The notes under the pieces were generated by a model that was not told the DNA's origin, did no database searches, and was given only the letters and a program-made list of their open reading frames with translations. The position numbers were made by a program, and so were the translations under genes. Positions 17,639-23,030 of a stretch of 23,030 bases of DNA are shown piece by piece; the first letter of the stretch is position 1; each line of letters starts with the position of its first letter. The stretch is taken from contig JBHIAV010000046.1 of NCBI GenBank assembly GCA_046758745.1, positions 1 to 23,030 on the forward strand. The letters are read 5' to 3'. This DNA is from Gemmatimonadota bacterium (lineage in GTDB: Bacteria > Gemmatimonadota > Gemmatimonadetes > Palauibacterales > Palauibacteraceae).

Positions 17639-17864
17639 CCCGGCACGGGGCGGGGCGGTGGCGGCATGCGCACGAGCTGTTGCCCCCCGATGCTCCCCGA
17701 CAGACTGGCCCGTAATAGAAGACGGTGGCCAGCCGCCCCCTGCCGGGTAACCACCAGAGCTGTCTGAAGTTACTCAGCACCCAGAGGGGGGACATGACCC
17801 CCGTCCACGAGCCCAAGATAGCACGGCGGAAGCGATCGCTGCCACCACCGGCCCGGGAGCCGGG
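17639..17864 (-). ncRNA. Candidate structured RNA (long imperfect rod-like fold-back), family unknown
   Basis: Nested helices on the minus strand: CCCGGC/GCCGGG, CGGUGGUGGCA/UGCCGCCACCG, GCUUCC/GGGAGC, GGCUCGU/ACGGGCC, GACGG/CCGUC, GGUCA/UGGCC, CCCCCU/AGGGGG, CUGGGU/ACCCGG. The internal non-Watson-Crick pairs in these helices are G-U on this strand. Confidence 0.4.
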
Positions 17865-17878
17865 AGACGCAAGCCGAC

Positions 17879-20278
17879 TCACGCCCCCTGGGCGGTCTCT
17901 TTCCTGTCGAACAGCTGTATGAGTGCTGGCAATACGAGCACAGCGGTCACGAAGGTCGCGGACAGCCCGATCACCGCCAGCTCCCCCATCGAAGCCAATC
18001 CGGGATGACTCGCGAGGATCAGCCCTGAGTAACCCGCAATGGTGGTCAAGGTCGTCACTCCTATCGTCAGCCCCGTGTTTCGGAGGACGAAATACAGCGA
18101 ACCGGAGCCCTCCTCCAGGTAGCGGTGATGAATATGCACACCATTGTCCACTCCTACGCCGAGGATCGACGGGAGAACGACGATGTTGAAGAAGTTCAAC
18201 TCCATACCGATCAGATACATCACCCCCCCCATCCATACGACGCCGATGACAAGGGGTGAGAGCACCAGCAGAGCCGACTTCGCGCTCCGAAAATCAGCCA
18301 GTACGATCAGGAACACGACGATGAACGTCAGCAGTACCGCTGTCTTTCCTTCACGCATCATCAAGATCAGCATCTCTGCCGAGATGATGCTCGAGCTGGT
18401 CGCATGGAACACCTTTCCCGATCCGGTCGTGATCGTGCCGACATCATTTCGAAAGTCTATGGCGTTCCGCCCGTCCCTCAGAGCAACGCTGGGATAAATG
18501 AATACGAAACTGCCGAGCTCACCCTTCTTGTTGAGGAACCGGCGTTTCTCATTCTGTGGGACATCCTCCAGCGTGAAGGGCGTATCGACATGCAGATAGG
18601 CCCTCAACTCATCCAGCCGCCTCTTCTCCTCCCCCTTTACCAGCCCCTCCGCCTCCTCTTCTACGAGCTCGCGGATCTCTCGTATCTTTCGGAGTTTCTG
18701 CGGCTGGTCCTCGGGCACGAGAGAATAGACGGAACTCACACTGTTGATGGTCGGCGTGAGCGTATCCTGCTTCATCTTCCACCTCACCGCCGCCATCACC
18801 TCCTCAGCCTCTTCCCTTGAATCGGCCAGAACGACCGCGGGAGACTCCGACCGTGTGAAGACTCCCCGGGTCTTCTCGGCCACCGTTTCACGCTCCTGTG
18901 TGACGACTCTGAGATCCGTGAAATCGTATTCAAAATCGACTCGCGAGAAGGAGACCGCGGCGACGACCGTCAGCGCGGCAGCGGCCAGCAGAATCCCTTT
19001 GGAATACCTGAAACTCCGCCTCTCCCAGCTCAACTTTGCCTTCGGAGCGGGCCGTATCCGTAGCAGACCGGTATCCTCGGCCAGCACGATGAAGGCAGGC
19101 AGAACGACGACCATGGAGAGGAACGCGAACAGTATTCCCACACCTGCTATGAAGCCCAGATGGGAGAAGCCCTTGAAGTCCATGAGCATGAGGGTGAAGA
19201 AAGCCGCCGACGTCGTGACCGCGGTCGTTCCGATAGCCGTGCCCGTCCGGCTCACCATTTTTTCGATCGCAGCTCCGGTGGCCAGGCCCTCTTGACGACT
19301 CTCTACGTACCGCGCAAACGCATGAATACCATAGTCGATGCCGAGCCCGAACAAGATGACGAAGAGAAACCCCGTGATCGTGTTCAACTCGCCGATGACC
19401 AGATACGTGACACCGAAGGTCCAGGCCAGCGAGAAGAGGAGGCTCGTGCTGATCAGGATCGCGCCGAGGACACGACGAAAATACAGAACGATCAGTAGAA
19501 AGACGCCCGAAACTCCGTAGAGGATCGTCCCCAGGATGTCGCGCTTGACGGTTTCATATTCATCCACCTGATTCTTGATATTCCCGCCGTAGTATACCTT
19601 GATGGTCCGGTCGTACAGCTCCGGATGGGTTGCATCGACGATGCGCTCGACGGCCTCCACCATCGCACGATTGAAGGAGAGATCCGAGCTGCTTCGAGAT
19701 GGAAATACCCTCACCACGAGTATCGTGCTGTCGGCGTTCGTGTAGAACGGCTTCGGTTCCTCCGCCCGATACTTCTCTTCCCATTTCGCTAGCTCATCAC
19801 CGCCCTCTTCGGCACCGTCTTCTCCGAACAGGTCCTCGACCAGGAAGGGGTTCAGCCGCTGCTTTTCCTTCTCGATGGTGTTCTGTACCGCCGCGTCGAG
19901 AGAGTCCAAGGTCGCGGTGTCCAGGTAGAGCAGTGCATTCCTCTTGTAGAAGGCCAGATCGTTCTTGTAGTCCACGTAGTTCACGTAGGGACTGGACAGC
20001 AATCGTGGCTCCAGATCTTGGGCGAGCCGCTTGACGGCGGAAAAGTCGTCAGCTTCGAATACGATGCGCAGTTGGCCGATGCCGCCGACCTGTTCCTTCA
20101 TTCGGTTGAGAGCCTGAACGCTTTCGAAGCTATCCGGCAACAGTTCTGCCAAGTCGCTTCGAAGGCTCAACTTCGACGTCAGGTAGCCTCCGACGACCGT
20201 TGCGGCGAAAGCAACGACCAGAATGGGCTTGTAGTGTTTGTGGAGCAGATGGCCGGTATATCGGGGAACTCGAAGCAT
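17879..20278 (-). CDS. MMPL/RND-family transporter (HpnN-like lipid exporter class)
   Basis: Two repeats of TM + large periplasmic loop + 5 TM; GLGIDYGIH and GVGVDNGVH; TTSAAF and TTIAGY; SDLAELLP. Confidence 0.92.
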   Translation of the reverse strand: MLRVPRYTGHLLHKHYKPILVVAFAATVVGGYLTSKLSLRSDLAELLPDSFESVQALNRMKEQVGGIGQLRIVFEADDFSAVKRLAQDLEPRLLSSPYVNYVDYKNDLAFYKRNALLYLDTATLDSLDAAVQNTIEKEKQRLNPFLVEDLFGEDGAEEGGDELAKWEEKYRAEEPKPFYTNADSTILVVRVFPSRSSSDLSFNRAMVEAVERIVDATHPELYDRTIKVYYGGNIKNQVDEYETVKRDILGTILYGVSGVFLLIVLYFRRVLGAILISTSLLFSLAWTFGVTYLVIGELNTITGFLFVILFGLGIDYGIHAFARYVESRQEGLATGAAIEKMVSRTGTAIGTTAVTTSAAFFTLMLMDFKGFSHLGFIAGVGILFAFLSMVVVLPAFIVLAEDTGLLRIRPAPKAKLSWERRSFRYSKGILLAAAALTVVAAVSFSRVDFEYDFTDLRVVTQERETVAEKTRGVFTRSESPAVVLADSREEAEEVMAAVRWKMKQDTLTPTINSVSSVYSLVPEDQPQKLRKIREIRELVEEEAEGLVKGEEKRRLDELRAYLHVDTPFTLEDVPQNEKRRFLNKKGELGSFVFIYPSVALRDGRNAIDFRNDVGTITTGSGKVFHATSSSIISAEMLILMMREGKTAVLLTFIVVFLIVLADFRSAKSALLVLSPLVIGVVWMGGVMYLIGMELNFFNIVVLPSILGVGVDNGVHIHHRYLEEGSGSLYFVLRNTGLTIGVTTLTTIAGYSGLILASHPGLASMGELAVIGLSATFVTAVLVLPALIQLFDRKETAQGA

Positions 20279-20355
20279 CTATATCCGGAACCCTGCGATG
20301 GGAAGTCGTGCCGGGAACGATGAAACCGCCTGTATGCCTTCCCCGACTGAGAAAC

Positions 20356-21012
20356 TCAACCGGAAGGCTGCCCCTCTTCTTCTTTCAACTTGCGGACCAA
20401 TTTCTCGTACATCTCTCGGTACGACGACTTGGCGATCTCTTTATAGAACGAGTCACGGTAGGTTCTGGCCGTGCTCGCTCCATCTATCACCATATCGTAC
20501 GCTTTCCATGCACCACCGACCTTGTGCATACGGTAGACGATCTCGACGGTCTTCCGTCCCTTGTAGGCAATCGTAGTGACATCCGCCTTGTCACCCCGAA
20601 TTGTGGGCTCCGCGTATGTCACGCTGTCCGCCCTGTAGATACTCAGCTTCTTGACGGACGAGTTTCTGATCAACTGCCGAAATACATCGACGAACTCGGT
20701 CCTTTCCTCTTCGGTCCGCTCTTCCCAGTGCTTGGCCAACGCCCGCCGCGAGAGTTCCCTGAAGTCCATCAGGCCGTTGATGATGTCCTTCAGCTTCTCC
20801 TTCGCGTCAGCGCTCAGCTCGTCGCCTGACGATTCCAAGATCTTCTCGACAGCCGAGTTCCTCGCCCGGATCACCTCGACGGGCGACTGAGGGCCGGCGG
20901 CTGAACTTCCTGACGGTATCGACGTCGAGCACAGGAGTAGACCCATTGCCCAACCACGGAACGGGTTCCATCCTCTGCCCCTCATGCCTCGTCTTCTCCT
21001 CACTTCTCCCAT
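20356..21012 (-). CDS. MlaC/Ttg2D/HpnM-family periplasmic lipid-binding protein
   Basis: MDFRELSRRALAKHW...EERTEFVDVFRQLI; IVYRMHKVGGAWKAYDMVIDGAS...YRDSF; signal-like N-terminus. Start could be 21033, 21012 or 20985. Confidence 0.88.
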   Translation of the reverse strand: MGEVRRRRGMRGRGWNPFRGWAMGLLLCSTSIPSGSSAAGPQSPVEVIRARNSAVEKILESSGDELSADAKEKLKDIINGLMDFRELSRRALAKHWEERTEEERTEFVDVFRQLIRNSSVKKLSIYRADSVTYAEPTIRGDKADVTTIAYKGRKTVEIVYRMHKVGGAWKAYDMVIDGASTARTYRDSFYKEIAKSSYREMYEKLVRKLKEEEGQPSG

Positions 21013-21022
21013 GCCGCCACTC

Positions 21023-22396
21023 TCAATTGGCATAGAGGTCCCGGCCCACCGCCTTGCTCAACTCGACCAACGAGGTGTTGTACTCAAAGATATTCCGCAA
21101 ATGTTCAGCCCTCATGGACGAGTTCGCCCGAAACGCGTCGATGACATCCTTGACCTCACCGATCCCGAGATCGAACGTCTGCAATTCGGCGCGGAGCCAA
21201 TTCTCACTTGCCTGCAGAGCCGTGCGACTTTCTTCCATGTTTGCACGAGCCTGCCTGGTCTCGAGATAGGCTTTCTTGACATTCAGCCTGATCCCGCTTT
21301 GCAGCGGTCGCTGCCGTCCAGACATCCTGGCCAGCTCCAGTTGAGCGACCCTGACCTCATCCCGTGTCTGAACGAAGTTCAGATTCCAGTTGAAGCCGAC
21401 CACCAGCCCGGGACGGAAGAAATTCGTTCGATTGGACCAGAACGGGTTCCGCGGGTCGAAGCGGGACGGTGCCCGGTTGTACTTGACCTGTGCGCCAACG
21501 AACAGCTGTGGCAAAAAGTCGCTCTTTTCGACCTCGACGAGTGAGGAGAGGGCGCCGATCCCCGCTTCCAACCGGCTGATCTCCGGTCGGTTGCTCAGCG
21601 CCATATCGGTGTAAGTCTTGAGGCTGTCGAGCGTGACATCGAGAGGCTCGAGGACGTGCGTCTCCACATCTAGATCGGTCTCATCGTCCAGGCCCACAGC
21701 TGCCCGCAGGGCCGCTTTCGCCAGCTCGACCTTGTCCAGCGCCTCGCGATGTCTCTTGTTTATTTCATATGTGAAGATATCGAACTTGAATAGATCGTTC
21801 TGAGTCACTTGCTCGGAGCCTTCATCGAACCTCTCCTCCAGCTTGGTCCGAGCCTCCCTGGCCTCGTCCAGGACATCCTCGACGACCTGCAGCAGCTCAT
21901 AGCCCAAGACGAGGCCCCAGTATGCCTTACGCACCTTTAACCGGACGTCGTTCCTCTCTTTCGCTACGCTCGCCTCCGCCGCGTCCACACGGAAACCGGC
22001 GGCGTCGATGAGTCCACCGATCTTGCCGAAGGTCCAGAGGGGCTGCGTCAGCTCGAGGTCGATTTCCGTGAAATAGCGGAGGTCGGAGAGGCCGGTCGTG
22101 GTGTCGGGCGAGGTGAGCACACCCGTTTCGGTGAAGACACCACGTTGACGAGGAATGGGCCCCCAGACGTTTGTGAGGTTGAGCCTAGGGAGGAAGCGGG
22201 CATGTGACGCTTGAGACCTCTTCGCCCGGGAAAGCGCGAGGTCCCTGTTGGCGGCCTCGATCGAGGGGTTGTTCCTGAGCGCGATCTCCTCCGCTTCGGC
22301 CAGGCTCAAGACCCGCTTCTCGCCTTCCTGGCCGAGACAGAGATCGGCGGACAACAGGCAACCCAGCAGGACGCCGATCAATACCCTGGAATACAT
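21023..22396 (-). CDS. TolC-family outer-membrane efflux protein
   Basis: Signal peptide; LSLAEAEEIALRNNP, FLPRLNL, LTQPLWTFGK, VRKAYW, ALSNRPE, FLPQL, VKKAY, LSKAVG; duplicated OEP repeat. Confidence 0.92.
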   Translation of the reverse strand: MYSRVLIGVLLGCLLSADLCLGQEGEKRVLSLAEAEEIALRNNPSIEAANRDLALSRAKRSQASHARFLPRLNLTNVWGPIPRQRGVFTETGVLTSPDTTTGLSDLRYFTEIDLELTQPLWTFGKIGGLIDAAGFRVDAAEASVAKERNDVRLKVRKAYWGLVLGYELLQVVEDVLDEAREARTKLEERFDEGSEQVTQNDLFKFDIFTYEINKRHREALDKVELAKAALRAAVGLDDETDLDVETHVLEPLDVTLDSLKTYTDMALSNRPEISRLEAGIGALSSLVEVEKSDFLPQLFVGAQVKYNRAPSRFDPRNPFWSNRTNFFRPGLVVGFNWNLNFVQTRDEVRVAQLELARMSGRQRPLQSGIRLNVKKAYLETRQARANMEESRTALQASENWLRAELQTFDLGIGEVKDVIDAFRANSSMRAEHLRNIFEYNTSLVELSKAVGRDLYAN

Positions 22397-22406
22397 CCAC
22401 CGCCTT

Positions 22407-23030
22407 TCACCGCTCGTTGGCTTTCAGGATTCTCTCGACACCCGAAGTGACGGACGGACCGGCCGATCGCAAGGCCCGTATGTCGTCGTAATCCGCATAG
22501 GCGTGCGAGTTCGTCGAATTGGCGTCGGAGAGGAGGCCGATCCCGATGGGCTTGTCGGGCGGCTTGCCCCCGAAAGTTTCCTTATACGCCGCACGTAGAT
22601 CGAACACATACGTGTGCCACTCGTCCAGACCCTCCTTGTCTGTACCGACCACGATCATCCAGGGCTTGCCCACTCCCTCGCGCTGCGTAGCCGAGCCCAC
22701 CGGCAACGACGAACTCCAGACGTACTTGACAGATTCCGGGATCAAGCCCAGCAGCTTCTTCTTGTAAATGAAGTAGATACCTGCCGCACTGTCTACCGTC
22801 TCATCGAATCGTTCGTCGGCACCTTTCGGAATCTCATGCACACGCCACCGGAACGAGACGTACGGATATTTCCTGAGATCCCACTTGACCTCCTTGCCGA
22901 GGATGACCGACTCACCCTCGTCGGTGGCCTCCAGGTACTTGTTGCCATCCTCCTCGCGCACTCGGTACGGCTTATGCTTGTCATCATCTTTGATCTTCCA
23001 CGACCAACCGACCGGCAACTCATCGACCGT
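22407..23030 (-). CDS. DUF3047-family protein (5' end beyond right edge)
   Basis: Frame is open to the edge. FRWRV...GADER...DSAAGIY, KYVWSSSLPVG, DLRAAYKETFG, IGLLSDANST...AYADYDDI match the DUF3047 pattern. Confidence 0.8.
   Translation of the reverse strand, partial: TVDELPVGWSWKIKDDDKHKPYRVREEDGNKYLEATDEGESVILGKEVKWDLRKYPYVSFRWRVHEIPKGADERFDETVDSAAGIYFIYKKKLLGLIPESVKYVWSSSLPVGSATQREGVGKPWMIVVGTDKEGLDEWHTYVFDLRAAYKETFGGKPPDKPIGIGLLSDANSTNSHAYADYDDIRALRSAGPSVTSGVERILKANER

Noticed and set aside
17879-21033. Hopanoid (hpnN/hpnM) cluster
   Set aside because: The families match, but no squalene synthase, cyclase or other hpn genes are in the window; neighbours point to CDP-alcohol chemistry.

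Overview
GC-rich bacterial DNA from a diderm (TolC, porin, MlaC); the style suggests Gemmatimonadota or a similar phylum, which is inference only. Left ~8 kb: a TldE/TldD pair (TldD has a Tat signal), a DUF4031 protein, a fused alpha/beta 2-oxoacid dehydrogenase E1, an outer-membrane beta-barrel behind a Fur-like box, Ppx/GppA, a small lipoprotein and a DUF427-like protein. From ~8.2 kb to the right edge is an apparently coherent envelope-lipid cluster: YdjM-type membrane hydrolase, GMC oxidoreductase, Gfo/Idh/MocA dehydrogenase, two CDP-alcohol phosphotransferases (one fused to an intact IPCT-like cytidylyltransferase, one to a degenerate one), a radical SAM/twitch enzyme, a Wzx-like flippase and a DUF3047-TolC-MlaC-MMPL export operon. 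The best hypothesis is synthesis and export of a modified cyclitol/polyol-phosphate lipid. The intergenic region at 17.2-17.9 kb holds an IS3-family left-end remnant and a ~225-nt rod-like fold-back whose G-U pairs favour the minus strand. All assignments come from motif reading; no searches were run.
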